NCBI GenBank assembly: GCA_052148655.1 | Contig: JBKQHU010000134.1 | Coordinates: 1,442 to 65,441, forward strand | Reading direction: 5' to 3' | Length of the DNA: 64,000 bases | Origin: Acidimicrobiales bacterium | GTDB lineage: Bacteria; Actinomycetota; Acidimicrobiia; Acidimicrobiales; Bog-793 | In this document: positions 36,357 to 46,334 of the stretch, piece after piece | Layout of the letters: each line of letters begins with the position of its first letter | Numbering within the stretch: position 1 is the first letter of the stretch | The notes under the pieces: model-generated | Databases searched by the model: none | Told to the model about the DNA's origin: nothing | The model's input: the letters and a program-made list of their open reading frames with translations, nothing else | Translations under genes and position numbers: made by a program

Positions 36357-37171
36357 CGATCGAAGCCAACGAGCTGGGTATCCCCGAAGATGCGATGCGG
36401 CGCCTGGCCGAGATGCGGCCCGGCCAGCCGGGAGCACTGTTCACCTCGGACCTGAGCGTGAACGAGTTCCTCCTGGTCCGGGAGGCGGGCTTCCGCCCCC
36501 TCGGCCTCGTGCTCGGGTCGAGCATCTACCATGTCGGTCTCCAGATCGGGCGGTGGAGCCAGAACATGGAGCTCGACACGCTCTCGCAGGCCATGTACCA
36601 CGCCCGTGAACTGGCCATGACCCGCATGGAAGCTGAGGCCGACGCCCTCGGTGCGGACGGCATCGTGGGCGTCCGGCTCGAGATCGAGTTCAAGGAGTTC
36701 GGCAACGACCTCGCCGAGTTCATCGCGGTCGGCACGGCCGTCAAGTCCGACGACAAGGGGAACTGGCGCAACGACGAGAACAAGCCCTTCACCTCCGACC
36801 TGTCGGGTCAGGACTTCTGGACCCTGATCCAGGCCGGTTACGCGCCGCTCGGCATGGTGATGGGCAGCTGTGTGTACCACATCGCCCACCAGGGGGCGCT
36901 TAAGGCGATGGGCAATGTCGGCAGGAACGTCGAGATTCCCAAGTTCACCGAGGCCCTTTACGACGCCCGGGAATTGGCGATGAGCCGGATGCAGGCCGAG
37001 GCGGAGCAGCTGAAGGCCGAAGGGATCGTCGGCGTGCAGCTCTTGTCGCTGGCGCACCGCTGGGGCGGTCACACGACCGAGTTCTTCGCCATCGGCACGG
37101 CCGTGCGGCCGTTGCGTGCCGACCACATCATCGCCAAGCCGCAGATGGTCCTCCCGCTGACCGACCGGTGA
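36353..37171 (+). CDS. Double YbjQ/UPF0145 domain protein, paralog B
   Basis: FTSDLSVNEFLLVREAGFRPLGLVLGSSIYHVG...ARELAMTRMEAEADALGADGIVGVRLEIE...FIAVGTAV. The second half repeats the pattern (FTSDLSGQDFWTLIQAGYAPLGMVMGSCVYH...AEGIVGVQL...FFAIGTAV). ATGA overlap with paralog A. Confidence 0.8.
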   Translation: MTIEANELGIPEDAMRRLAEMRPGQPGALFTSDLSVNEFLLVREAGFRPLGLVLGSSIYHVGLQIGRWSQNMELDTLSQAMYHARELAMTRMEAEADALGADGIVGVRLEIEFKEFGNDLAEFIAVGTAVKSDDKGNWRNDENKPFTSDLSGQDFWTLIQAGYAPLGMVMGSCVYHIAHQGALKAMGNVGRNVEIPKFTEALYDARELAMSRMQAEAEQLKAEGIVGVQLLSLAHRWGGHTTEFFAIGTAVRPLRADHIIAKPQMVLPLTDR

Positions 37172-37650
37172 GCTCCGAGGTCGTTCCGGGCGCCGGAGGC
37201 GCTGACGCCGGCGGTGGGCAGGGCCCCGGCGAGCTTGCCCCGGACCACGGCGGTGATGCCGCCGTGGTCGACCTCGTGGCGGCCGCCATCCGCGCGGACA
37301 CCGCCGACCTGGACTCGTACCACCGCGTGCTGTCGGCGACGGTCTCGGACCTCCTGCCGATCGGGATGGTCGAGGTGGACCGGGAACGCACGATGAAGGA
37401 CCGCATGGCGGGCAGGGAGGGACGGGCGACGGCGATTAGGGTCCGCCTGGGGGAGCGGACTTTGGAGCTCGTGTCCCGGCACGGGGGGCTCGTCGCGACC
37501 GTCGCCCGCGAGGTGAGGGGCGTGGTCATCTCCCGCCAGGAGATCAGCGTCGCGGAATGGACCCGGCTGCTGGCGCAGTACCTCGCCCAGCTGGCTGCCG
37601 AGAGCGCCGACGCCCGCATCGCCCTCTCGAAGCTTCTGGGCGGGATCTGA
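37168..37650 (+). CDS. Hypothetical protein (160 aa), translationally coupled to the YbjQ pair
   Basis: GTGA overlap with the upstream gene and high GC3. I recognise no family motif. Confidence 0.55.
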   Translation: MSSEVVPGAGGADAGGGQGPGELAPDHGGDAAVVDLVAAAIRADTADLDSYHRVLSATVSDLLPIGMVEVDRERTMKDRMAGREGRATAIRVRLGERTLELVSRHGGLVATVAREVRGVVISRQEISVAEWTRLLAQYLAQLAAESADARIALSKLLGGI

Positions 37651-37707
37651 GCCCCGCAGGCACCGAGCCGGTGGCGAGGCGGCCGGGCAGCCGCAGTACG
37701 CCCAGGG

Positions 37708-38334
37708 CTAATCGCCGGAGGCGTCGAGGCGGCGCCTGGTCTGGCGGGCGGCGGCGAGGTCACCGGGCCGGCCCCGACGCTTGAGCGCGGCGATCACCGC
37801 CTCGCGGTGGGCGGCGTCGACGTTGCCGCCGTACTTGAACTTCGCCCGGACCTCTTCGATGGCGATGCGGATGGCGCGAATCGTTCCTAGCAGGGGCTCG
37901 TGGGCCGCGAGGGGATCGGCGATCTCGACGCCCGGCTGGAGGGTCGTCAGCTGGCGGCGGAGCACGTCGGCTATGGCGGCGGGATCGGAGACGACCGTGG
38001 CGCGGCCCTCCATCTGGACGGCCGCGTAGTAGGTCGTGGGGACACCGAGAAGCGGGTCCTCCTCCCCGACGGCCTTCCACGAAGAGGGTATGAAGGCCCA
38101 GTCACCGGCGACGCTCATGAGGACCCGGGGCTGCTCGGCGATGGCGGTGAGGATGGGGTTCCGGCCCACGAGGTGGAGGACGACCTCGTCGCCCTCGAGG
38201 ACGAACTGGGTCGGAACGACGACGGGGACCTCCCGACCCACCCCGGCGGCCACGAGATGACCGAAGCCCTGACCCGTGACGAACGCGCGCCACTCCTCCT
38301 CGCCGAAACCGCTGTCAACCTTCGCGATGTACAC
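37708..38334 (-). CDS. FMN-binding negative transcriptional regulator (PaiB family)
   Basis: MYIAKVDSGFGEEEWRAFVTGQGFGHLV...VVPTQFVLEGDEVVLHLVGRNP...AKFKYGGN. Confidence 0.8.
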   Translation of the reverse strand: MYIAKVDSGFGEEEWRAFVTGQGFGHLVAAGVGREVPVVVPTQFVLEGDEVVLHLVGRNPILTAIAEQPRVLMSVAGDWAFIPSSWKAVGEEDPLLGVPTTYYAAVQMEGRATVVSDPAAIADVLRRQLTTLQPGVEIADPLAAHEPLLGTIRAIRIAIEEVRAKFKYGGNVDAAHREAVIAALKRRGRPGDLAAARQTRRRLDASGD

Positions 38335-38384
38335 GTCTTTTCCTCGCCGGGTCGTCCCTTCAGGTCAAGGCTAGACGGGGATGG

Positions 38385-39023
38385 TCACTCGTGGTCCGAA
38401 GAGACGCTCTTGCTTCTCACCTTCACTTCGCCCATGATCGGGAACGCCCGGATCAAGATACGGGGCGAGCCTCTCAAGACCGGGACGTCGCGCACCTTGA
38501 AGCTGCGCTGACCCATGATGGACAGGCCCGTCAGCTCGACGTCGATCCCCTCGGGCACGACGATGTCGATCGATCCCATGATGCTCACGGCCGTTATCAC
38601 CACCTCGGGACCGTCGATCTCGGCCCGGCGCAGGTCCATATGGCATTCGCCCATCACCGCCACGGTGGCCGTGCGCTCGCCGGGCCTCCAGCGCCCCTTG
38701 GACTCCGATTCGCCCATGACTGCCACGATCCAGCGCCGGGCGCGTCGCCGCGCCGGCTGCGCAAGGGGGGCCGGGGCGACAGGCAGGTCGGCGAGCACGG
38801 CGTCGAGGTCGCCCCGGGTACGGGCCCCGAGGGCGGTCCCCGTTCGTTCCGAGAACTCGTCGAGGGTGAGCCGGCCGACCGCGAGGTGATCGCGCAGCAT
38901 GGTCACGACGTGGTCGCGTTCGGAGTCGCTCACCCGTTCGGTGGCCTCGCCGCCGTGTTGGGGCAGGCCCGGGGATGCCGGTTCCAAAGAGGGGTCTTCG
39001 GCCATGGCGCCAGTCTCTTCCAT
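38385..39023 (-). CDS. DUF1707 (SHOCT-like) domain protein with a LiaF-C-like beta-rich C-terminal domain
   Basis: RVSDSERDHVVTMLRDHLAVGRLTLDEFSERTGTALGARTRGDLDAVLADLP is the DUF1707 signature. Confidence 0.75.
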   Translation of the reverse strand: MEETGAMAEDPSLEPASPGLPQHGGEATERVSDSERDHVVTMLRDHLAVGRLTLDEFSERTGTALGARTRGDLDAVLADLPVAPAPLAQPARRRARRWIVAVMGESESKGRWRPGERTATVAVMGECHMDLRRAEIDGPEVVITAVSIMGSIDIVVPEGIDVELTGLSIMGQRSFKVRDVPVLRGSPRILIRAFPIMGEVKVRSKSVSSDHE

Positions 39024-39137
39024 TCTCCCCCGACCCGCCAGAGGCGCTCGCCGGCGCCCCGGCCGGAGGTCCGGGGAGCCGGCCTGAACTAGCGTCGGCC
39101 TCGCGGGATTCGAGACAGCGACGAGGAGTGGTCAACG

Positions 39138-40169
39138 ATGAAGGCTCTCGTCAAGGCCAGGCCCGAAGCGGGTTTGAGCTTCGAGGACGTGCCGGTACCG
39201 GCCATAGGCCGGGCCGACGTCCTCATCAAGGTGCTGCGGACCGGCATTTGCGGGACCGACCTGCACATCTATTCGTGGGACCCGTGGGCCGAGGCGAACG
39301 TGCCCGTTCCCCTCGTCATCGGCCACGAGTTCGTCGGGCGGATCGTCGAGCTCGGCGTCGATGTGGACGACCTCGAGATAGGCGACCTCGTGAGCGGGGA
39401 GGGGCACCTCGTCTGCGGGCGGTGCCGCAACTGCATCGCCGGCCGGCGCGTGCAGTGCGCCCGGACGAAAGGGATCGGGGTCAACCATCCCGGGGCTTTC
39501 GCGGAGTACATCGCCCTGCCGGCCATGAACGTGTGGCGTCACCTGGCCGGGATAGACCTCGACGTGGCGGCGATCTTCGACCCGTTCGGGAACGCCGTGC
39601 ACACCGCGCTCAGCTTCCCGGTCCTCGGCGAGGACGTCCTCATCACCGGGGCCGGCCCGATCGGGATCATGGCGGCGATCGTCGCCCGTCACGCCGGCGC
39701 CCGCTACATCGTCATCACCGACGTGTCCGACTACCGGCTCGAGCTGGCGCGCTCGGTAGGCCTCACGCTCGCCATCGACGTGTCGAAGACACGTATCGCC
39801 GACGCCATGGGAGAGCTCGGCATGCGGGAGGGATTCGACGTCGGCCTCGAGATGTCCGGCCGCGCCCCGGCGCTGCAGGAAATGCTCGCCAACATGGCCC
39901 ATGGCGGCAAGATCGCCATGCTGGGCCTGCCGACCGAGCATTTCGGCATCGACTGGTCGCACCTTGTGATGAACATGTTGACGATCAAGGGCATCTACGG
40001 CAGGCAGATGTTCGAGACCTGGTACTGGATGTCGGTGCTCGTACATTCGGGCGTCGACATCTCGCCGGTGATAACGCACAGGTTCGCGGCCACCGATTAC
40101 GAGGAGGCCTTCGAGGCCATGCGCACCGGGCGTTGCGGCAAGGTCGTGCTCACCTGGTCCGAAACCTGA
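39138..40169 (+). CDS. tdh: L-threonine 3-dehydrogenase
   Basis: [21 protein letters not shown]...[20 protein letters not shown]...GHEFVG...GPIGIMA. Paired with kbl. Confidence 0.9.
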   Translation: MKALVKARPEAGLSFEDVPVPAIGRADVLIKVLRTGICGTDLHIYSWDPWAEANVPVPLVIGHEFVGRIVELGVDVDDLEIGDLVSGEGHLVCGRCRNCIAGRRVQCARTKGIGVNHPGAFAEYIALPAMNVWRHLAGIDLDVAAIFDPFGNAVHTALSFPVLGEDVLITGAGPIGIMAAIVARHAGARYIVITDVSDYRLELARSVGLTLAIDVSKTRIADAMGELGMREGFDVGLEMSGRAPALQEMLANMAHGGKIAMLGLPTEHFGIDWSHLVMNMLTIKGIYGRQMFETWYWMSVLVHSGVDISPVITHRFAATDYEEAFEAMRTGRCGKVVLTWSET

Positions 40170-40181
40170 TCGGAGGTCCCC

Positions 40182-41363
40182 ATGTTCTCCCAAGTCAAAG
40201 GCGAGCTCAGCGCCCAGTTGGAGGAGATCCGCGCGCAGGGGCTCTTCAAGGCCGAGCGTGTGATCGTCACGCCGCAACAGGCAACGGTGGCGGTGTCGGG
40301 CGGCGGGGAGGTCCTCAATCTCTGCGCGAACAACTACCTCGGCCTCGCCGACGACCCTCGTGTCGTCGCGGCCGCCAAACAGGCGCTCGACCGCTGGGGC
40401 TACGGCATGGCGAGCGTGCGTTTCATCTGCGGCACCCAGCAGATCCACAAGGACCTCGAGCGACGGCTCTCCGGCTTTTTGGGGACCGAGGACTCGATCC
40501 TGTACTCGTCCTGCTTCGACGCCAACGGGGGCCTGTTCGAGACCCTGCTGGGCAAGGACGACGCCGTCATCTCCGACGAGCTGAACCATGCTTCGATAAT
40601 CGACGGCATACGGCTGTGCGCCGCCCAGCGCTACCGCTACCACAACCGGGACATGGCGCACCTCGAGGAGCAGCTGCGCGAGGCCTCCGGCGCCCGGCGC
40701 CGGTTGATAGCGACAGACGGCGTGTTCTCCATGGACGGTTATGTGGCGCCGCTGGCGGAGATCTGCGAGCTGGCCGAACGCTACGGCGCCCTGGTCATGG
40801 TCGACGACTCGCATGCCGTCGGGTTCATCGGCGCCCACGGGCGCGGTACCCCGGAGCTGCACGGGGTCCAGGACAGGGTCGACATCGTCACGGGCACGCT
40901 CGGCAAGGCGCTCGGCGGCGCGAGCGGTGGCTACGTGAGCGGTCGCCGCGAGATCATCGACCTGCTCCGGCAGCGCTCCCGGCCCTACCTGTTCTCCAAC
41001 TCCGTGGCCCCGGCGATCGCGGCCGCCTCGCTTGTCGTGCTCGACCTGTTGGACGAGAGCGACGACCTGCGGGCGAGGCTCAAGGAGAACACGTCGTGGT
41101 TCCGCGAGCGGATGGAAGGCCTCGGCTTCGACATCGCGCCTGGCGATCACCCGATCGTCCCCGTCATGTTCGGCGACGCCGCGCGGGCGACCCGGATGGC
41201 GGAGCTTCTCCTTGAAGAAGGCGTCTACGTCATCGGCTTCAGCTACCCGGTGGTCCCCATGGGCAAGGCCCGCATCCGCGTGCAGGTCTCGGCCGCCCAC
41301 ACCCGTGAGGACCTCGAACGCGCCGCGACGGCCTTCGACCTGGCCCGGGCGGAGTTGGACTGA
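40182..41363 (+). CDS. kbl: Glycine C-acetyltransferase (2-amino-3-ketobutyrate CoA ligase)
   Basis: [16 protein letters not shown]...[17 protein letters not shown]...[12 protein letters not shown]...[15 protein letters not shown] (PLP lysine region). Confidence 0.9.
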   Translation: MFSQVKGELSAQLEEIRAQGLFKAERVIVTPQQATVAVSGGGEVLNLCANNYLGLADDPRVVAAAKQALDRWGYGMASVRFICGTQQIHKDLERRLSGFLGTEDSILYSSCFDANGGLFETLLGKDDAVISDELNHASIIDGIRLCAAQRYRYHNRDMAHLEEQLREASGARRRLIATDGVFSMDGYVAPLAEICELAERYGALVMVDDSHAVGFIGAHGRGTPELHGVQDRVDIVTGTLGKALGGASGGYVSGRREIIDLLRQRSRPYLFSNSVAPAIAAASLVVLDLLDESDDLRARLKENTSWFRERMEGLGFDIAPGDHPIVPVMFGDAARATRMAELLLEEGVYVIGFSYPVVPMGKARIRVQVSAAHTREDLERAATAFDLARAELD

Positions 41364-41405
41364 GAGCTTTGGCGGCTTGTCGATCGATCGGCGCAGGCGC
41401 CTGAG

Positions 41406-41852
41406 GTGCGGGCGGTCGTGCAGCGGGCGGCGTGGGCGCGCGTGAGCGTCGACGGGGAGATCGTCGGATCGCTCGACGGCCCGGGACTCGTCGTGCTCGT
41501 CGGAGTCGCCAAGGGCGACGGCGAGGCGGAGGCGCGCGCGCTTGCCTCCAAGTTGTGGACGCTGCGGATCATGCGCGACGCCGGGGGGCGCATGAACCGC
41601 TCCGTGGCCGACACCAGAGGCGGGCTGTTGGTCATCAGCCAGTTCACCCTCTACGGGGACGCCTCCAGGGGCCGGCGCCCCTCTTTTGACGCCGCCGCCC
41701 CGGCCGAGGTCGCCGAGCCGCTCGTGGACCTTGTCGTCGAACAGCTCCGCGTCCTCGGGGCGCGGGTCGCCACGGGCCGTTTCGGCGCCGACATGCTCGT
41801 CGAGCTCGCCAACCAGGGCCCAGTGACAGTGATCGTTGACACCGGGCGATGA
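41406..41852 (+). CDS. dtd: D-aminoacyl-tRNA deacylase
   Basis: MRAVVQRAAWARVSVDGEIVGSLDGPGLVVLVGV...VISQFTLYGDASRGRRPSF...GADMLVELANQGPVT. Confidence 0.9.
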   Translation: MRAVVQRAAWARVSVDGEIVGSLDGPGLVVLVGVAKGDGEAEARALASKLWTLRIMRDAGGRMNRSVADTRGGLLVISQFTLYGDASRGRRPSFDAAAPAEVAEPLVDLVVEQLRVLGARVATGRFGADMLVELANQGPVTVIVDTGR

Positions 41853-41880
41853 GCTCGGCGGTGAACCGAAAGGCTCGACC

Positions 41881-42852
41881 ATGCGTTATGTGATCCTCGG
41901 CGCCGGCGCCATCGGCTCTGTCATCGGGGGCCGCCTTTTCGAGAACGGGCATGACGTCGTCCTCGTGGCGCGGGGCGCCCACCTGGCGGCGCTCGCCGGC
42001 GAGGGGCTCGAGCTGCGCGATCCCGACCGCAGCGTCAAGCTCCCGGTCGCGACGGCGCCGAACGCGGCGCAAGCGGGCCTGCGGCCTGGGGACGTGGTCG
42101 TGCTCGCCACCAAGACCCAGCACACAGAGGCGCTCCTCGTCGAGCTGCAGGCGTGTGCCCCACCGGGCACGCCGGTGGTCTGCGCCCAGAACGGCGTGGA
42201 GAACGAACGGCTCGCACTGAGACGCTTTGAGAACGTGCAGGCGATGCGCGTGTTCATGCCCGCCACCCATCTCACCCCGGGCGTGGTCGAGGTGCCGTCC
42301 TCGCCCCTCACGGGGCTGCTCGACATCGGCCGCTACCCGACAGGACTGGACGACGTGAGTGAGAAGGTGGCCGCCGACCTGAACGCGAGCGGGTTCGACT
42401 CGATCCCCGACAGCAACGTGATGGCCCGCAAGTACCTGAAGCTTCTCTCCAACCTGGGAAACGCCCTACAGGCTGCCTGTGGCACGGGTGCTGACGACCC
42501 GGCGGCGGCCGAGCTGTGGCGCCGCGCCCAGGAGGAGGGCTCCCGGTGCCTTGAGGCGGCCGGGATCGAGGTTGCCGATCCCGATGGAGACGCCGCCCGC
42601 CGCGCCGCCCTCGGGGCCCCGCGACCGGTCGGCGGCCACGACCTCTCCCACGGGTCCTCGTGGCAGAGCCTGGCGCGCGGGACCGGCAACATCGAAGCCG
42701 ACTGGCTGAACGGCGAGATCGTCCTTCTGGGCAGACTGCACGGGGTCGCCACGCCGGTCAACGAGCTGCTCCGCTCGACAGCGAACCGGATGGCCACCGA
42801 GCGGGTCGCTCCAGGATCGATCGCCGCCGAGGATCTGCTCAATCAGCTCTGA
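41881..42852 (+). CDS. Ketopantoate reductase (PanE/ApbA) family oxidoreductase
   Basis: MRYVILGAGAIGSVIGGRLFENGHDVVLVARG Rossmann start; C-terminal S.WQSL.RG...E.D.LNGEIV pattern. Confidence 0.75.
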   Translation: MRYVILGAGAIGSVIGGRLFENGHDVVLVARGAHLAALAGEGLELRDPDRSVKLPVATAPNAAQAGLRPGDVVVLATKTQHTEALLVELQACAPPGTPVVCAQNGVENERLALRRFENVQAMRVFMPATHLTPGVVEVPSSPLTGLLDIGRYPTGLDDVSEKVAADLNASGFDSIPDSNVMARKYLKLLSNLGNALQAACGTGADDPAAAELWRRAQEEGSRCLEAAGIEVADPDGDAARRAALGAPRPVGGHDLSHGSSWQSLARGTGNIEADWLNGEIVLLGRLHGVATPVNELLRSTANRMATERVAPGSIAAEDLLNQL

Positions 42853-44069
42853 GCGGCCTCGACAAGACTGCAGAGCTCCGAGGTCCGCTCGGCCGGCGTC
42901 ACCCGCTCGACGACGATGTTGTCGCTCGCGACCCAGGCGGCGGCCTCGACCAGTGCCGAGGCGACGTGGGCGGCCGCGTCCCTTCCTTCGAGGGAGACGT
43001 GCCTGGCGACAAGGGTGCTGCCCCGTCGGGCTGGATCCACAAGGCCGACGAGCCGGTCGCCGCCGAGGACCGGCATGGAGAAGTAGCCGTGGACACGCTT
43101 GGCGCGGGGCACGTAAGCCTCCAACCGGTGGCGGAAGCCGAAGAGCCGTTCGGTCCGCTCCCGGTACCAGGTGAGGCAGTCGAACGGGGAGACGAGAACG
43201 GCACGGCCTTTCATACGCCGCCCGAGTGCCCCGAGGGCCGCCTCCGTAGTGAAGGCGGGCCGAGCCCATCCTTCGACTCCGGTCAGGAGCAGGGCGGTCT
43301 TCGGGATCGCCCGCTCCACCTCCGCCCGCCTGAGGCCGTGGTAGGCGGCGATGTCGCCCGCCGTCGCGACTCCGAGTGCCCCGGCCGCCGCCTCGACGAG
43401 GCGCAAGTGGCAGTCCTCGTCGCTGAGCTCGGTGTTGTACAGCTCGGCTGGGACGGCTCGCTCGGCCAGGTCGTAGACGCGCTGGAAGCCCTTGCGCCGA
43501 CGGCAGGCCAGCTCACCGATGTCGAGCAGCCACTCCGCGGCGATCTTGGTCTCGGTCCAGTCCCACCAGGGCCCGCCCCTCTTGGCCCCACCGAGCTCGC
43601 GCGCCGAGAGCGGACCCTCGGACCGGAGGCGGTCGCGGACGTACGAGCAGCTCTTGTCCGCGTTCTCAAGGCGGTGCCAGCGGTGGCCCCTTGCGATGAG
43701 GGCGCGGCGGCGAAAGCCGTAGGCGGGCCAGTCATCGAGAGGAAGGATGCAGGCCGCGTGCGACCAGTACTCGAACGTGGCGCTTACAGGTCCCCAGTAG
43801 TCATCGTCGATCCTGGACCGTGCGATCGGCCCCAGGCGGGCGAAGGTGACCAGCTCATGGGACCGGGCGAGCACCGAGATCGTGTCGAGCTGGACGGCCC
43901 GGAGGCGACCCAGCACCCTTGCCGGCCCTCCGCGCATACGTGGCCCGACGAGCGACTGGGCGGCGAGGGCGATCCTGCGCGCCTCACGGGCGCTGAGGGG
44001 GATCGACGGTTCGGGCATGGGTCCTTTCCCGGTGCCGGCGTCAGGCCCCGCCGGGGGTCGCGACGCCAC
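42843..44069 (-). CDS. Winged-helix DNA glycosylase-like protein (YcaQ/AlkZ, DUF1006 family)
   Basis: LSAREARRIALAAQSL...LRAVQLDTISVLARSHELVTFARL...FEYWSHAACILP. Alternative start ATG 44018. It overlaps the 3' end of the convergent PanE-like gene by 10 nt. Confidence 0.75.
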   Translation of the reverse strand: MASRPPAGPDAGTGKGPMPEPSIPLSAREARRIALAAQSLVGPRMRGGPARVLGRLRAVQLDTISVLARSHELVTFARLGPIARSRIDDDYWGPVSATFEYWSHAACILPLDDWPAYGFRRRALIARGHRWHRLENADKSCSYVRDRLRSEGPLSARELGGAKRGGPWWDWTETKIAAEWLLDIGELACRRRKGFQRVYDLAERAVPAELYNTELSDEDCHLRLVEAAAGALGVATAGDIAAYHGLRRAEVERAIPKTALLLTGVEGWARPAFTTEAALGALGRRMKGRAVLVSPFDCLTWYRERTERLFGFRHRLEAYVPRAKRVHGYFSMPVLGGDRLVGLVDPARRGSTLVARHVSLEGRDAAAHVASALVEAAAWVASDNIVVERVTPAERTSELCSLVEAAQS

Positions 44070-44340
44070 TGCAGGCGGTGGCCGGGCCGGGACGGTGGCT
44101 CAACGCTTGGTGCAGATGTGCCTGCCGCAGGTCGATGGGGATGCTCCCGGCTCGGTCAGTTCGCGCGGGGCGGGGGAAGCGATCATCGTCCGGACGCCCG
44201 CGTCGGGCCCGGCGACGGCATGGCGCCCATGGCGGTCGGATGGCCGGCGCCGAGGTGTGCGGGGACACCATGGGCCAGCTCGTCCAGGTACCAGGCGGTA
44301 TGCAGCATTCGGCAGATCGTAACGTGCCAGGCTTCGTCCG

Positions 44341-44817
44341 ATGGAAGAAGCGGCCTACGAGATCCCGCGGATCCCGGCCTCGGCCGGCGCGCTCGTCTTC
44401 GACGGGGCAGGCCGCCTGCTCATCTTGAAGCCGACCTACAAGGCGGGCTGGACGATCCCCGGCGGCCAGGTGGAGGCCGGCGGAGAGACGCCCTGGCAAG
44501 CCTGCCGGCGAGAAGCCCGTGAGGAGAGCGGGGTCGAGATCGACTCCGGGCGGCTCGCCTGCGTCGACTTTCTCCGGCCAAGGCAGGGACGACCGGGAGG
44601 CATGCGCTTCCTGTTCGACTGCGGCGTGCTCGATGCCGAGAAGTTGAGTCGCGTGCGCGTGCAGGCAGGCGAGATCGCAGAGTTCTGTTTCGTGCCGGTG
44701 GACGAGGCGCTCGAGCTCCTGAGCGGGCCCCTTCGCCGGCGGGTCCGGGCTGCCTTGAGCACCTCTCGGTGCCGGTACCTGGAGGACGGGAAACCGGTCA
44801 GCGGTGTGAGCGATTGA
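44341..44817 (+). CDS. NUDIX hydrolase
   Basis: Nudix box GGQVEAGGETPWQACRREAREESGV. Confidence 0.85.
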   Translation: MEEAAYEIPRIPASAGALVFDGAGRLLILKPTYKAGWTIPGGQVEAGGETPWQACRREAREESGVEIDSGRLACVDFLRPRQGRPGGMRFLFDCGVLDAEKLSRVRVQAGEIAEFCFVPVDEALELLSGPLRRRVRAALSTSRCRYLEDGKPVSGVSD

Positions 44818-45797
44818 GCGAGGAGCCCGGGACCGTTGCCGCCCCCGCCCCCTTCGAGGCGGCGATCGAGCGCGAATTGAGCGAGGTCCGCCACCAAGAT
44901 CTGGCCGGCCCGGCCTCAAGGCTCTCGCAGCGTTACCGGTTCGGGGAGGCCGGGGACGAGCGCAGTTTCACCCCCGGCCAACTGCACGCCTACCTGGCGA
45001 CGCGGGCTCCCGCCACATTCGCGGCGACCCGCAGGGTGCTGTCCGAGCTCCGCGCGCTCAGGCCGGGTTGGGCGCCGAGGACCGTCCTCGACCTGGGCGC
45101 CGGCCCGGGAACAGCCACCTGGGCAGCGGCGGCGGTTTTCCCGTCGCTCGAGCACGCCGAGCTCGTCGAGCGCGAGCCGGACATGGCCGCGCTCGGCGCC
45201 CGGCTCGCCGAGGCCGGTGCGCCCGTGCTGTTGGCCCATGCCACCTGGACCGTCGCCGACGCGTCCCGGCTCAAGGATCGGAAGGCCGACCTCGTAGTCG
45301 GCGCCTACGTTCTCGGGGAGTTGCGGGACGGACTGGACCAGCCGGCTCTCGAGCGGTGGTGGGGCGCCACGCGCGGCGAGCTGGTCCTCGTCGAGCCCGG
45401 CACCCCGGCCGGCTTCGAACGGCTCCGAGCCGCCAGAGTCGTGCTCATCTCATGGGGCGCCCGCGTGACTGCCCCGTGCCCGCACGACGACGTCTGCCCG
45501 ATGGAGGGCTCCGACTGGTGCCATTTCGCCGTGCGCCTTGAGCGCTCGAGCCTGCACCGCGCCCTGAAGGGGGCAAAGCTCGGGTACGAGGACGAGAAGT
45601 ACTCCTACCTGGCCATGTCGGCGAGTCCGCCGTGCGGGCCCGTGGCCCGGTTGGTGCGCCCGCCCCGGCCGCACAAGGGCCACGTGCGGCTGTGGCTCTG
45701 TGAAGGCGGTGGCCTCACTGAGCGCGTGATCAGCCGCCGCGACGGGGAGATCTACAAGCGCGCCCAGAAAGCCCGCTGGGGCGACCACCTCGACTGA
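44769..45797 (+). CDS. Rsm22-like class I methyltransferase
   Basis: YLATRAPATFAATRRVL...VLDLGAGPGTATWAA...CPHDDVCPM...WCHF...LGYEDEKYSYLAM. Start is uncertain: ATG 44769 overlaps the NUDIX gene by 49 nt, and TTG 44814 is an alternative. Confidence 0.7.
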   Translation: MPVPGGRETGQRCERLSEEPGTVAAPAPFEAAIERELSEVRHQDLAGPASRLSQRYRFGEAGDERSFTPGQLHAYLATRAPATFAATRRVLSELRALRPGWAPRTVLDLGAGPGTATWAAAAVFPSLEHAELVEREPDMAALGARLAEAGAPVLLAHATWTVADASRLKDRKADLVVGAYVLGELRDGLDQPALERWWGATRGELVLVEPGTPAGFERLRAARVVLISWGARVTAPCPHDDVCPMEGSDWCHFAVRLERSSLHRALKGAKLGYEDEKYSYLAMSASPPCGPVARLVRPPRPHKGHVRLWLCEGGGLTERVISRRDGEIYKRAQKARWGDHLD

Positions 45798-45806
45798 GCC
45801 ATCCTG

Positions 45807-45826
45807 TATAATGCTTGCTAGCAAGC
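45807..45826 (+). promoter_or_regulatory. TATAAT -10 box immediately followed by a perfect 14-bp palindrome GCTTGCTAGCAAGC (candidate MarR operator)
   Basis: TATAAT at 45807-45812 and the palindrome at 45813-45826, about 60 nt upstream of the marR ATG. Confidence 0.55.
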
Positions 45827-45884
45827 AAGTAGATGGGTGGCAGGTTTGGCACAGGACTCAATCGCCCAAGGTGGAGGAGCCGAG

Positions 45885-46334
45885 ATGGGCGCGGCCCGGC
45901 TGCGGATAGCGGTCGCGAGGCTTTCCCGCCGGCTGCGGCCCACCGAGGCCGCCGGCGCGCTCACGGCCACAGAAGTGGACGTCCTCGTGGCCGCCGAGCG
46001 ACGCGGGCCGATCCGCTTGTCGGATCTGGCGAGCTTCGCCGGACTCAACCCGACGATGCTGTCGCGCCTGGTCCCCAAGTTGGAGGCGGCCGGGCTTGTC
46101 CGGCGGCTCGGCGCCGAAGACGACCGTCGGGTCTGTCGTGTGGAAGCCACTGCGAAGGGGCGCCGCCTGCTCGAGCGGATCCGCTCCGAACGCAACGACG
46201 CTCTCTCCAAGCGGCTCGCGGAGCTCAGTCCCGAACAACGGGCGATCGTGTTCGCGGCCGTTCCCGTGCTCGAGGACCTGGCGGAGCGGCTTCTCACACC
46301 CGAGACGGGGCGCGCGAGCGCCACTATCCGATGA
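45885..46334 (+). CDS. MarR family transcriptional regulator
   Basis: LTATEVDVLVAAERRGPIRLSDLASFAGLNPTMLSRLVPKLEAAGLVRRLGAEDDRRVCRVEATAKG is a winged HTH. ATG 45885 has GGAGGAG 5 nt upstream; the ORF track gives GTG 45837. Confidence 0.85.
   Translation: MGAARLRIAVARLSRRLRPTEAAGALTATEVDVLVAAERRGPIRLSDLASFAGLNPTMLSRLVPKLEAAGLVRRLGAEDDRRVCRVEATAKGRRLLERIRSERNDALSKRLAELSPEQRAIVFAAVPVLEDLAERLLTPETGRASATIR

Noticed and set aside
42843-42852. 10-nt overlap of the convergent PanE-like and YcaQ/AlkZ-like gene ends as a regulatory feature
   Set aside because: Short convergent overlaps are common in compact high-GC genomes, and nothing else marks the site.
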